A stretch of DNA of 63,208 nucleotides. It comes from a virus. Lineage: Duplodnaviria > Caudoviricetes. Below, piece after piece: positions 37,501 through 45,397 of the stretch. Both the position numbers and the translations under genes were made by a program. The notes beneath the pieces are model-generated. The model did no database searches and was not told the origin of the DNA. It was given only the letters and a program-made list of their open reading frames with translations. Every line of letters starts with the position of its first letter. Positions within the stretch are counted from its first letter, which is position 1. The stretch covers positions 1-63,208 of the IMG/VR virus record IMGVR_UViG_3300030406_003636. One strand, given 5' to 3'.

Positions 37501-40500
37501 ACTAGCTACTAATAGTATAGCGCGTGAGCAACTAACAAATCAAGAGATTAATCAAAGTATTATAGGTGATTTAGCTGCTGGTAAATCTAGTATTCAGTTT
37601 AGTAAAAACACAAAAGCGTTACTAGAAAACAACGGCATTGAAGGTTATGTTAATGTTTTAGACAACCCTGATGTTTACATAAACGACATGGTGCCTCTAA
37701 TTATAGAAGTTTTAGGTGATAGAATATTAGGAGTTAACATTGCTAATAGACGTGGTGAATTAAACGCTGAGTTATGGACTGGTTTATTTGGCAAGCATCC
37801 AGATAGAAAACGTATTATACCAGAGTTACAAAAATTAAGAATTAAAATTGATAATGATAATCAACCAACAGGTAACCCTAATTTTAAAACAACATTTTTT
37901 AAAGATGGTAAGTTTGACCAAGGTAAAATAAAAGACATACAAAAGTTTAACGAGCAGGTTGGTAAAACTTTTGATGAAATGTGGATGAGAATTTTTGATG
38001 CTGTATCGAGAGATACAAAATATGTTTTACCAATAATGACATACATGCAAGCATCAACTAACTCTAAAACACACCCTATGAGAAATGGTGCTCAAGCTAC
38101 GCACATGGATTTTAAATCTGATGATATAGTATTAGAGCATGCATATCCACAGTCACAAGCAGCTAGAGATATTATGCAAGCTGTAATTGATAATAGAAAT
38201 AACAGAGAAGAGTTCTTAAATAAATTTAATAAAATAAAAAAAGAGTACGTTTTACATGGCATTGATAGATCTCAAGACACTAAAATAAATCAAACTAAAG
38301 AACTAGTAACTGATAAAAACCATGAGAGCTTTGGTAAAGTAACATCTTTAAAAGATCATAGTGGTAAAGATTTTGACTACATGAAACATAGTCATTTACG
38401 TAGGTATGTTAAAGCTAATGTTAATCTTGATAATTTAATATCATTAAAAACAGGTCAGCCTTTAACAGAAGAACTTGGTATAGATGGTTACGGAAACCCT
38501 ATATCAAAAGAATCTGCGGAAATAAGAAAGCAAGCAGCTGAATTAAATGAACAGCTGTTTGATAACTTAATTAAAGGTAAACCAGTTGAACAGCAAGTAG
38601 AAGATTTAAAAACGCTTGATAGAGCTTTAAACTTTTCAAGAGTACCAAGACCAGAAAAAGGTATTTCAATATTTGACTTTGACCAAACGCTAGCTAACAC
38701 TAAAGAAAAAATTAAAGTCACAATGCCTGATGGCGCTGTAAGTAGGATAGACGCAGCTGAGTTTGCTAGAGAGGCAGAGCAACTTGAGGCTGACGGAGCT
38801 GAGTTTGATTTTGCTGAATTTAATAAAGTAAAAGGCGCAACTAAAGGACCATTTTTTGAGCTGGCACAAAAGATAAAAGGTAAGTTTGGTAATAAAGATA
38901 TATTTATATTAACAGCAAGACCACAAAACGCAGCGCCAGCTATACAAAAGTTTTTAAAGGGTGTAGGTTTAGATATAAGATTAGAAAATATAACTGGTTT
39001 AGAAGACGGTAGTCCACAAGCTAAAGCAAAATTTGTAACTAAAAAAGTTGAAGAAGGTTATAATAACTTTTTCTTTGGTGATGATGCATATAAAAACGTT
39101 GAGGCCGTACAAGAAGTTTTAAACGTAGCTGATGTAAAAAATGATGTGCAGCAAGCTAAGATACAATTTAGTAAAAATTTAAATAAAAGATTTAACGAAA
39201 TAGTATCTGAAAATAAAGGTATTGATCCTGAAGCTAGATTTTCTGAAGCCGCAGCTAAAGTGCGTGGCGCTAAAGCGGATAAATTCTGGTCAAGGTTATT
39301 TGTGCCGCCATCGGCGGAGGATTTTAAAGGTTTATTATATATGCTAGTAGGCAAAGGTAAGAAAGGAGAGTCGCAAATGCAGTTTTTTGAAGACGCCTTA
39401 ATTAAACCTTTTGCTAGAGCATTTAGAGATATTAACGCGGCTAAACAAAAAATAGCTAATGAGTACGCTCAGTTAAAAAAAGATTTACCAAGCGTAAAAA
39501 GAAACTTATTACAAGCTACTGATTATAACAACTTTACTTTTGATCAAGCTATACGTGTGTATTTAATGAATAAAAATGACATTGATATACCTGGTATAGC
39601 AAAAAGAGACACAGATGCTTTAGTTAAAATAGTTGAAGCTAATCCTGAATTAACGCAGTACGCTGATAGAGTTTCGCAAATAATGAATAAACAAGAAGGA
39701 TACATAGTGCCAACTGATGTTTCTTGGTTATCATCTACAGTTGAACAAGATTTAAAAGATTTAAATAATAAAGTAAATAGATCTGAATATTTATCTGAGT
39801 GGGTAAATAACAAAAATGAAATATTCACAAGCGACAATTTAAATAAATTAGAAGCGTTATACGGTAGATCTTATAGAGAAGCATTAGAAGATATATTGTA
39901 TCGTATGGAAATTGGTAGCAATAGACCAGCAGGTCAAAATAAGTTAGTTAATGATTTTACCAGCTGGATCAACAACGCTGTAGGTAATATAATGTTTTTA
40001 AATGTAAGGTCTGCTTTATTACAGACAATATCATTTGCTAACTTTGTAAACTGGAGTGATAATAATCCGATAAAATACATGGCTACTGTAGCTAATTTTC
40101 CACAGTTTGCAAAAGATTTTGCAATGATATGGAACTCAGACTTCTTAAAAAATAGAAGAGCAGGATTACAAACAGATGTTAGCGCTTCTGAAATAGTAAA
40201 TCAAGCCGCTAATTCTAAAAATAAAGTAAGTGCTATATTATCATATATATTAGGTAAAGGATATTTACCAACACAAATGGGTGATAGTTTTGCTATATGT
40301 ATGGGTGGCGCAGGGTTTTATAGAAACAGAGTAAGCAGTTATGTAAAGCAAGGATTAAATCAAGCTGAAGCTGAAGCAAGAGCGTTTGCGGACATGCAAG
40401 AAACATCTGAAGACGCACAGCAGTCTGCTAGACCAGATAAAATATCACAACAACAAGCTGGTCCACTTGGTAGATTTATATTAGCGTTTCAAAACACGCC

Positions 40501-41185
40501 AATGCAATACACCCGTATGATAAAAAAAGCTGCTTTAGATTTAGCTAACGGTAGAGGTGATGCTAAAACAAACATATCAAAAATATTATATTATGGTGCT
40601 ATACAAAACTTTATATTCTCAGCGCTACAAAGCGCATTGTTTGCTTTAGCATTTAGCGACGAAGAAGAAGAAAAAGAGAAACAAAGATATAGTAGAATAG
40701 CTAACAGCATGGCAGATACTATATTAAGAGGTACTGGTGTTTATGGTGCTGCAGCATCAACATTAAAAAACATAGCACTGCAGTTTGTAAAGCAAGAGAA
40801 AAAAGGATCGAGAGCAGATCACGCTTATACTATAATAGAGGGTGTCAACTTGTCACCTCCAATAGGCAGTAAAATAAGAAAATTATATTCAGCAACACAG
40901 GCTGTTAAGTTTAATAGAGATGAGATAGCTGAAATGGGTTTTAATATAGATAATCCAGCTTATGATGCGGTTGCTAATACAGTTTCCGCTGTAACTAACG
41001 TGCCTCTTGATAGGGCGGTTCGTATTACTGATAACGCTAGAGCGGCATTAGATAAAAACAACGAAGCTTGGCAGCGCGTTGCTTTAGTTTTAGGTTGGAA
41101 TACGTGGGACTTAGGCATACAGCCAAACAAACAAAACACTGGTAAGAAAAGAAAAAATAAGAAAAGAGAGATAATTTTATACTAA
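34511..41185 (+). CDS. Large polyvalent internal virion protein (zincin, sigma-R2-like, HNH-like, HAD modules)
   Basis: HELLH aa552; GIIDLINEYKPDSGVPLAAYI within the sigma-like segment from aa715; EHAYP aa1209; DFDQT aa1389, ILTAR, GDD. Confidence 0.75.
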   Translation: MATQKLYNTLVNRGLYTKSFDAFKQQFNDQKYREKVYNTVTRDGLYTKDLNEFQTQYAPDNVKDEVGTIQNLVGALGEGFAGQIGGGLSDLTVGLALNTKMFWEKNFGDGDVSEDDKARFRREAYLENKDNILLNPDFWKGAEDYFRSIQKEYEDPTISEAFTKASSISDYLELGERIVAGIFKSAPSLLAAYSGPGALAVYGTSLAGDKYLEEFDKDPTQANSRLLASAIGTSAIEVGFEFATRGLMKQAGLVVKQGNKEAAEAIIKGGTKTMFQKFGKPLAQEGASEAATELTSLIYDAAILNPDGVSGIDWAKEKYRLFDAGIVGSAMGGTIGSLGNISNRNERRRLEQILMPDEVKQQIESSGDRISKLVRESDGADADTKSLIEDQINKENRNIVKLKNEVSTKLNNMNETELRTYAKNKNEIAKVQMQLKKLDVNSEVYKPVKSKYDLLIKQNSTLYNNATKRRLQEDVTSVKKLAKKQGIKKVSVLDDKGFQDAYKNTEEGSKLNDKQLALQASGVSGFYDKATNSIFINKNAAENYGQVTVASHELLHPVLNKVFGSGESQAAKVADFKSILSSKQRRLMDQEMTNRGYTKQEEATEYFNVFLDAVADNKSEIAFEKNLFTRIGEFLKSIFGEYNINNMDFGDANGVFNFLKAYQESVKQGEFTQEVSDIIGDLSDLQDLDATGKQDSRNASDQVQQIYQLQGPAGAFDIIELFKPITNKIVEKRRGAPNFDKTLLTEEIETGERGIIDLINEYKPDSGVPLAAYINKFLPARAIEASRRILGEEFTTDIDEARGIAAEEVAAPEIETKPKARQINPIDLARDETIKEQYTEEVVSALQDVNLEKANFKNLKDLASTITAKIFNVPAKKITDATANLTKQEKENALKFIRANALDLIALLPEGAVTEAATEKLIGTSTGVPKSLLNKFYTKQSRITKGAGLSPFTKNANINKKEFLEAFGIVEGKKSTDFGPRTPEAQAVKAMMSLYGKLATNSIAREQLTNQEINQSIIGDLAAGKSSIQFSKNTKALLENNGIEGYVNVLDNPDVYINDMVPLIIEVLGDRILGVNIANRRGELNAELWTGLFGKHPDRKRIIPELQKLRIKIDNDNQPTGNPNFKTTFFKDGKFDQGKIKDIQKFNEQVGKTFDEMWMRIFDAVSRDTKYVLPIMTYMQASTNSKTHPMRNGAQATHMDFKSDDIVLEHAYPQSQAARDIMQAVIDNRNNREEFLNKFNKIKKEYVLHGIDRSQDTKINQTKELVTDKNHESFGKVTSLKDHSGKDFDYMKHSHLRRYVKANVNLDNLISLKTGQPLTEELGIDGYGNPISKESAEIRKQAAELNEQLFDNLIKGKPVEQQVEDLKTLDRALNFSRVPRPEKGISIFDFDQTLANTKEKIKVTMPDGAVSRIDAAEFAREAEQLEADGAEFDFAEFNKVKGATKGPFFELAQKIKGKFGNKDIFILTARPQNAAPAIQKFLKGVGLDIRLENITGLEDGSPQAKAKFVTKKVEEGYNNFFFGDDAYKNVEAVQEVLNVADVKNDVQQAKIQFSKNLNKRFNEIVSENKGIDPEARFSEAAAKVRGAKADKFWSRLFVPPSAEDFKGLLYMLVGKGKKGESQMQFFEDALIKPFARAFRDINAAKQKIANEYAQLKKDLPSVKRNLLQATDYNNFTFDQAIRVYLMNKNDIDIPGIAKRDTDALVKIVEANPELTQYADRVSQIMNKQEGYIVPTDVSWLSSTVEQDLKDLNNKVNRSEYLSEWVNNKNEIFTSDNLNKLEALYGRSYREALEDILYRMEIGSNRPAGQNKLVNDFTSWINNAVGNIMFLNVRSALLQTISFANFVNWSDNNPIKYMATVANFPQFAKDFAMIWNSDFLKNRRAGLQTDVSASEIVNQAANSKNKVSAILSYILGKGYLPTQMGDSFAICMGGAGFYRNRVSSYVKQGLNQAEAEARAFADMQETSEDAQQSARPDKISQQQAGPLGRFILAFQNTPMQYTRMIKKAALDLANGRGDAKTNISKILYYGAIQNFIFSALQSALFALAFSDEEEEKEKQRYSRIANSMADTILRGTGVYGAAASTLKNIALQFVKQEKKGSRADHAYTIIEGVNLSPPIGSKIRKLYSATQAVKFNRDEIAEMGFNIDNPAYDAVANTVSAVTNVPLDRAVRITDNARAALDKNNEAWQRVALVLGWNTWDLGIQPNKQNTGKKRKNKKREIILY

Positions 41186-41203
41186 ATTAAGTGATAATTA
41201 ACT

Positions 41204-41506
41204 ATGGCAGCTCAAAAAAACCCCACAACAAAAGAAACTTTACAGTTAATAGAATATCAGATAGAACAGATATTTAACGAAATAAACAATTTAAATGAAG
41301 ATAATAAAACAGCTCATACAGAAGTTAAAAAAGATCTTCGTTTTATTAAACAAAATTTATTCGATCCAAACGAGGGTATATGGGCCGAAGTAAAACAAAA
41401 TTCAAATTTTAGGAAAGACACTATAAAGTGGCGCAGTGCGTTAGGTTTAGGTGTGTTTAGTTTAATAGGAAAACAGATGTATGACTTTTTTAAATCACTC
41501 TCATAA
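41204..41506 (+). CDS. Coiled-coil protein with C-terminal membrane anchor (lysis module)
   Basis: Coiled coil then ALGLGVFSLIG. Confidence 0.5.
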   Translation: MAAQKNPTTKETLQLIEYQIEQIFNEINNLNEDNKTAHTEVKKDLRFIKQNLFDPNEGIWAEVKQNSNFRKDTIKWRSALGLGVFSLIGKQMYDFFKSLS

Positions 41507-41799
41507 TGGCAGAAATATTAGATAAACAAGTAGGTATTGATATTGACGGCGATAAAAAGCCGGATATAAAGCTTGATATTAAAAGCATAGCTATTGTTGT
41601 CGGATTTCTTATATCTGGTGTAACTGGATATAATAAACTGAAACAAGAGATAGAAGTTGCTAAACAACTTCCTGTGTACGAGGTACAAGAAACAGCAGAT
41701 GGCGCACTTTTAAAACAAAAAGTACACTACTTAGAAAAAGAAATAGAAAAACTAGAAGGTAAGGTTAACGACTTAGAAAACAAAGTATATAAAAGGTAA
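41506..41799 (+). CDS. Membrane-anchored coiled-coil protein (spanin-like?)
   Basis: DIDGDKKPD loop, one TM, C-terminal heptads. Confidence 0.5.
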   Translation: MAEILDKQVGIDIDGDKKPDIKLDIKSIAIVVGFLISGVTGYNKLKQEIEVAKQLPVYEVQETADGALLKQKVHYLEKEIEKLEGKVNDLENKVYKR

Positions 41800-42119
41800 T
41801 GATACTTAATGTTTTACTTTATGCTTTAATATCGCATAGTGTTACATTAAAAGCTACAGGCTTAACTTGTAGCATGTGTTCATTTAGTATACAGAAAGGT
41901 ATAGAAAAAATACACTTTGTAGACAGCGTTAAACCTAACTTAGAAGAAACAACATATACAATATATTTTAAAGAAAATAAATTTATAGATTTTTTTACTA
42001 TAGAAAACGCGGTAGAAGATGCTGGGTTTTTTGTAGATAAAACATCAAGTGTAGTTAATACTGATAGTGTTGATAATTTTACAATAAACAGTAACTACAT
42101 TTATTGGAAAACTAAATAG
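41799..42119 (+). CDS. Heavy-metal-associated (HMA) domain protein
   Basis: GLTCSMC (GxTCxxC) and AVEDAGF after a hydrophobic N-terminus. Confidence 0.8.
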   Translation: MILNVLLYALISHSVTLKATGLTCSMCSFSIQKGIEKIHFVDSVKPNLEETTYTIYFKENKFIDFFTIENAVEDAGFFVDKTSSVVNTDSVDNFTINSNYIYWKTK

Positions 42120-42125
42120 TAATAT

Positions 42126-42587
42126 ATGATAAGTAAACATATTAGTATGAAAGAAGCTACTCGTAGTGTTACGGCTATGAGACTAGGTTTAGATAATACA
42201 CCAACAGAAGAACACCTAGATAACATGAAGTTAGTAGCTAATAAGATATTTGAACCTTTAAGGTCTTGGGTAGGTGGCCCAATAAGAATTAACTCTTTTT
42301 ATAGAGGACCAGAGCTTAACAAAGCTATTGGTGGAAGTACAAAGTCACAGCATATGATTGGTCAAGCTGTCGATATAGATGACACGTATGGGCATAAAAC
42401 AAACGCAGAGATGTTTAACTATATACGTGGTAACTTAGATTTTGATCAAATGATATGGGAGTTTGGTGATCATCAAAACCCTGATTGGGTACATGTAAGC
42501 TACGTTAATCCTGGTGAAAACAGAAATAAATGTTTAGTGGCTTATAAGGAAGATGGAAGAACTAGGTACAGCTTATACGGGATATGA
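42126..42587 (+). CDS. Endolysin, peptidase M15 family
   Basis: INSFYR..ELN.AIGG...SQH..GQAVD...WVHVS. Confidence 0.88.
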   Translation: MISKHISMKEATRSVTAMRLGLDNTPTEEHLDNMKLVANKIFEPLRSWVGGPIRINSFYRGPELNKAIGGSTKSQHMIGQAVDIDDTYGHKTNAEMFNYIRGNLDFDQMIWEFGDHQNPDWVHVSYVNPGENRNKCLVAYKEDGRTRYSLYGI

Positions 42588-42684
42588 TTTAATACCAATG
42601 ATGATATTTGGCGTGTTGGCGTATATAACTAGGACTATAGTAAAAGACATGGAACATGAGGATACTACAAGATATAAAGAATAG
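42553..42684 (+). CDS. Small membrane protein (43 aa)
   Basis: Hand-translated MEELGTAYTGYDLIPMMIFGVLAYITRTIVKDMEHEDTTRYKE; start uncertain. Confidence 0.4.
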   Translation: MEELGTAYTGYDLIPMMIFGVLAYITRTIVKDMEHEDTTRYKE

Positions 42685-42691
42685 ATGGGAT

Positions 42692-42796
42692 ATGATGCGA
42701 CCTGATAATCAAGTAGCATTTGTATTAGGCGTAGCATATATATCTATACTTATAATAATTTTAATATTGGGTTTATACGTAAAAATTTGGGACTAA
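42692..42796 (+). CDS. Small membrane protein (34 aa)
   Basis: MMRPDNQVAFVLGVAYISILIIILILGLYVKIWD; stop overlaps next ATG. Confidence 0.5.
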   Translation: MMRPDNQVAFVLGVAYISILIIILILGLYVKIWD

Positions 42797-43281
42797 TGAC
42801 AGACAAACAAAGAGACAGAGGTAGATTAATAGCAATAAGTGTATTGCTTATCATATTAATTTCAGCTATGTTATCAGGTTGCTCAGACCTTTTATACAGA
42901 GGTAACAACATTATGGTTACACATGTTTTAGCATTAACTGAAATGGGTGATACCGTTAAGATAAGAATACAAGATATACAACCGCAACGCATGTATAATG
43001 TTGTTGGTTATGACTTTGTTAGATGGCAAGATAATAGATTTTATGTACCAGGTTATGATCACCATTATGATTATAGATATTATAATGATAGGTGGAGATA
43101 CCATGGTAGAGCTAACGGAACGTATGGACAAATAACACCGTATCCAAATGTTAATAATAGTGCTCCAATAAGTATAGGTAGCTCATCAGGAACACAGAGT
43201 TATGGTGGTAATACAACAGGTGGAAGTGGCGCTCCTGTGGCAAGTAATCCAGCTACATCTGGTGGTAAAAAAGTTAACTAA
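42796..43281 (+). CDS. Lipoprotein
   Basis: Signal peptide with LSGC lipobox; Tyr-rich middle, Gly/Ser-rich tail. Confidence 0.7.
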   Translation: MTDKQRDRGRLIAISVLLIILISAMLSGCSDLLYRGNNIMVTHVLALTEMGDTVKIRIQDIQPQRMYNVVGYDFVRWQDNRFYVPGYDHHYDYRYYNDRWRYHGRANGTYGQITPYPNVNNSAPISIGSSSGTQSYGGNTTGGSGAPVASNPATSGGKKVN

Positions 43282-43282
43282 T

Positions 43283-43579
43283 ATGGCAAGAGTAGATACA
43301 TCAAAAATGAAATGCAACCAAGTACGTAGCTCTACTAAACAGGGTAAAAAACGTATGGTACTCGCTTGTGCTGGTGGTAAAAAAAGATTAATACATTTTG
43401 GCGCTAAAGGATATGGACATAATTATTCTGCGGCAGCAAGAAAAAGTTTTAGAGCTAGACATAGATGTAGTAGCGCTAAAAATAAATTAACAGCAAGATA
43501 TTGGGCCTGTAAAAATTTATGGGCTGGTAGTGGTGGTAGTAAAAAATCATCACCAAAAGGTGTAAGAGGTAAATATTAA
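43283..43579 (+). CDS. Small basic protein, 4 Cys
   Basis: IHFG...ARKSFRARH.C...TARYWAC..LW; start at ATG 43283. Confidence 0.75.
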   Translation: MARVDTSKMKCNQVRSSTKQGKKRMVLACAGGKKRLIHFGAKGYGHNYSAAARKSFRARHRCSSAKNKLTARYWACKNLWAGSGGSKKSSPKGVRGKY

Positions 43580-43583
43580 AATT

Positions 43584-43781
43584 ATGTTTAAACAAGATAG
43601 AGGTTTAGGAGATACAGTAGCTAGATTTACAAAAGCAACAGGTATAAGAAAAGCAGTTGATATTATATCAGATGGTTTAAATATACCTTGTGGTTGTGAG
43701 GCTAGACAAGAGGCTTTAAATAATTTAGTGCCTTACAACAAACAATTTAACATGAGAAGAAATGGCAATAAAAAGAACTAA
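43584..43781 (+). CDS. Small protein with CGC motif
   Basis: RGLGDTV..FTKATGI...CGC..RQE.LN. Confidence 0.75.
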   Translation: MFKQDRGLGDTVARFTKATGIRKAVDIISDGLNIPCGCEARQEALNNLVPYNKQFNMRRNGNKKN

Positions 43782-43902
43782 AATAAGTCCAGCTTGTAAA
43801 GCTGCGGCTAAAAGAAAATTTAAGGTATGGCCAAGTGCTTATGCTTCAGGTTGGGGTGTAAGATGTACACGTAATCCTAGAAAGTTTTTAAATAAAAAGT
43901 AA
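43762..43902 (+). CDS. Small basic protein (46 aa, WPSAYAS motif)
   Basis: Hand-translated MAIKRTKISPACKAAAKRKFKVWPSAYASGWGVRCTRNPRKFLNKK. Confidence 0.7.
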   Translation: MAIKRTKISPACKAAAKRKFKVWPSAYASGWGVRCTRNPRKFLNKK

Positions 43903-44069
43903 TGGCTAAGGCGTATAGAGGTGTACTCAAAGCGCGTATAAATAAATTATACGGTGGTGATGTAACTTGTTCTAAAGTTAAAAAATTAAAGTCACGACCA
44001 AGCGCAACTAAAAGAGATGTACAGCTAGCCAACTGGTTTATTAACATGCATAACTGTAAAGTAAAATGA
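43902..44069 (+). CDS. Small basic protein (55 aa)
   Basis: Hand-translated MAKAYRGVLKARINKLYGGDVTCSKVKKLKSRPSATKRDVQLANWFINMHNCKVK; coupled at both ends. Confidence 0.7.
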   Translation: MAKAYRGVLKARINKLYGGDVTCSKVKKLKSRPSATKRDVQLANWFINMHNCKVK

Positions 44070-44611
44070 GTTTATTTAAAAATTTTAATTTAGCTAGATT
44101 TAAAAAAATAAAACCGCCTGGCGATAAATCTATTACAACGTACTCAGAACTAAAACAGCTAGAGAATATAAAAGGTAATAGAGATTTTGTTGAAAGAAAA
44201 GATGAGGTGTATGACGTGTTTAAAGAAGTAACAGATAAATACGATATAGAATACCCAGGTGATTTAGTAAATGATTTAATAGAAGAAAGTAGCGTTGTAA
44301 TAATGAAGCTAAAAAATTATTTCAACAGGCCAAGACCAAAAGATTTAGCTGAACAATTTAATATAAAGCTTGATAACTATGAGCTTAATTCAATGAAGAC
44401 ACCATCGTACCCATCTGGTCATTCAGCTCAAGGTATTTTAGTTGCTAGGGTTTTATCTGATAAGTACCCAATAGCTGCTGAAGAATTTTTAAAAGCAGGT
44501 AAAGATATTTCATTTAGTAGAAACGTTGCTAAAGCACATTACAAATCAGACTCTGCGCTTGGTGAAATGCTTGGTAACGCTATGTATAAACACGTAAAAG
44601 ATAAAGTATAA
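44066..44611 (+). CDS. PAP2 superfamily phosphatase
   Basis: K.YFNRPRP, PSYPSGH, SR..A.AHY.SD. Confidence 0.85.
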   Translation: MSLFKNFNLARFKKIKPPGDKSITTYSELKQLENIKGNRDFVERKDEVYDVFKEVTDKYDIEYPGDLVNDLIEESSVVIMKLKNYFNRPRPKDLAEQFNIKLDNYELNSMKTPSYPSGHSAQGILVARVLSDKYPIAAEEFLKAGKDISFSRNVAKAHYKSDSALGEMLGNAMYKHVKDKV

Positions 44612-44892
44612 TGGCAGATCCAGTAGTTGGTACAGGTAAAAAACCAAAAGGTAGTGGTAGAAGATTATATACAGATGAAAATCCTAAAGATACTGTTAGT
44701 ATAAAGTTTGCAACACCAGCTGATGCTACTGCAACTTGCGCTAAAGTAAAAAGAATTAATAAACCGTATGCTCGTAAAATACAGATATTAACTGTTGTTG
44801 AGCAGCGATCAAAAGCTGCGGGTAAAAGAGAACAAGCTCGTATAGCTAAACGTTGTAAATTAGCATTAAAAAGAAAACATGGCAAAAAGTAA
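44611..44892 (+). CDS. Small basic protein
   Basis: GTGKKPKGSGRRLYTDENPKDTV.IKF. Confidence 0.7.
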   Translation: MADPVVGTGKKPKGSGRRLYTDENPKDTVSIKFATPADATATCAKVKRINKPYARKIQILTVVEQRSKAAGKREQARIAKRCKLALKRKHGKK

Positions 44893-45124
44893 AAGACCAG
44901 AGTGGAAAGACAGTGAATATGCAGATGCTAAAGGTAAGTTTAAAAACTTGTCTTGTAGTGCTCTTGCTAGCTGGTTAATAAAAAGTAGACGTGGAAATAA
45001 AAAAGCTATTGTTGGTAGTTTAAATCAACAAATAGTTTTTAATAGAAAGAAAAATCCTAGTTACGCTCGTAAAATGAAGTGTGCTAGAAATACAGCAATG
45101 AAAAGATTAGGTAAAAAATCATGA
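44879..45124 (+). CDS. Small basic protein
   Basis: K/R-rich, 2 Cys, coupled. Confidence 0.65.
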   Translation: MAKSKRPEWKDSEYADAKGKFKNLSCSALASWLIKSRRGNKKAIVGSLNQQIVFNRKKNPSYARKMKCARNTAMKRLGKKS

Positions 45125-45363
45125 GTATAAAAGGAGGTGGAACTAAAAAAGTATGTTTACCTTATGCTAAGTATAGAAGCATGAGTAAAGCTGAAAGGCA
45201 AAAAGTTATACGTGCAAAGCAAAAAGCAGGTAGGGCTGGCCAATATAAAAGAGCAAGATCCAGTTTTGTAAAAGGTGCTAGAAAGAAAGGAGCAACACTA
45301 AGAGACTGGTTTAAAAAAGAAAAATGGGTTAACATCGCAACAGGTAAACCCTGCGGTGATTAA
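45121..45363 (+). CDS. Small basic protein
   Basis: CLP...MS..ER...LRDWFKKEKWV...GKPCG. Confidence 0.7.
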   Translation: MSIKGGGTKKVCLPYAKYRSMSKAERQKVIRAKQKAGRAGQYKRARSSFVKGARKKGATLRDWFKKEKWVNIATGKPCGD

Positions 45364-45391
45364 AAAAAAAGAGGGGCGCTAACCCCTCTCT
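45362..45391 (-). terminator. Intrinsic terminator where the two arms converge
   Basis: Minus strand GAGGGG-TTAGCG-CCCCTC followed by T9. Confidence 0.8.
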
Positions 45392-45397
45392 CAACAA

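Noticed and set aside
38675-38689. DFD as a crAss-type virion RNA polymerase DxDxD motif
   Set aside because: The sequence is DFDQT followed by ILTAR, K and GDD, i.e. a HAD signature; the third Asp is missing
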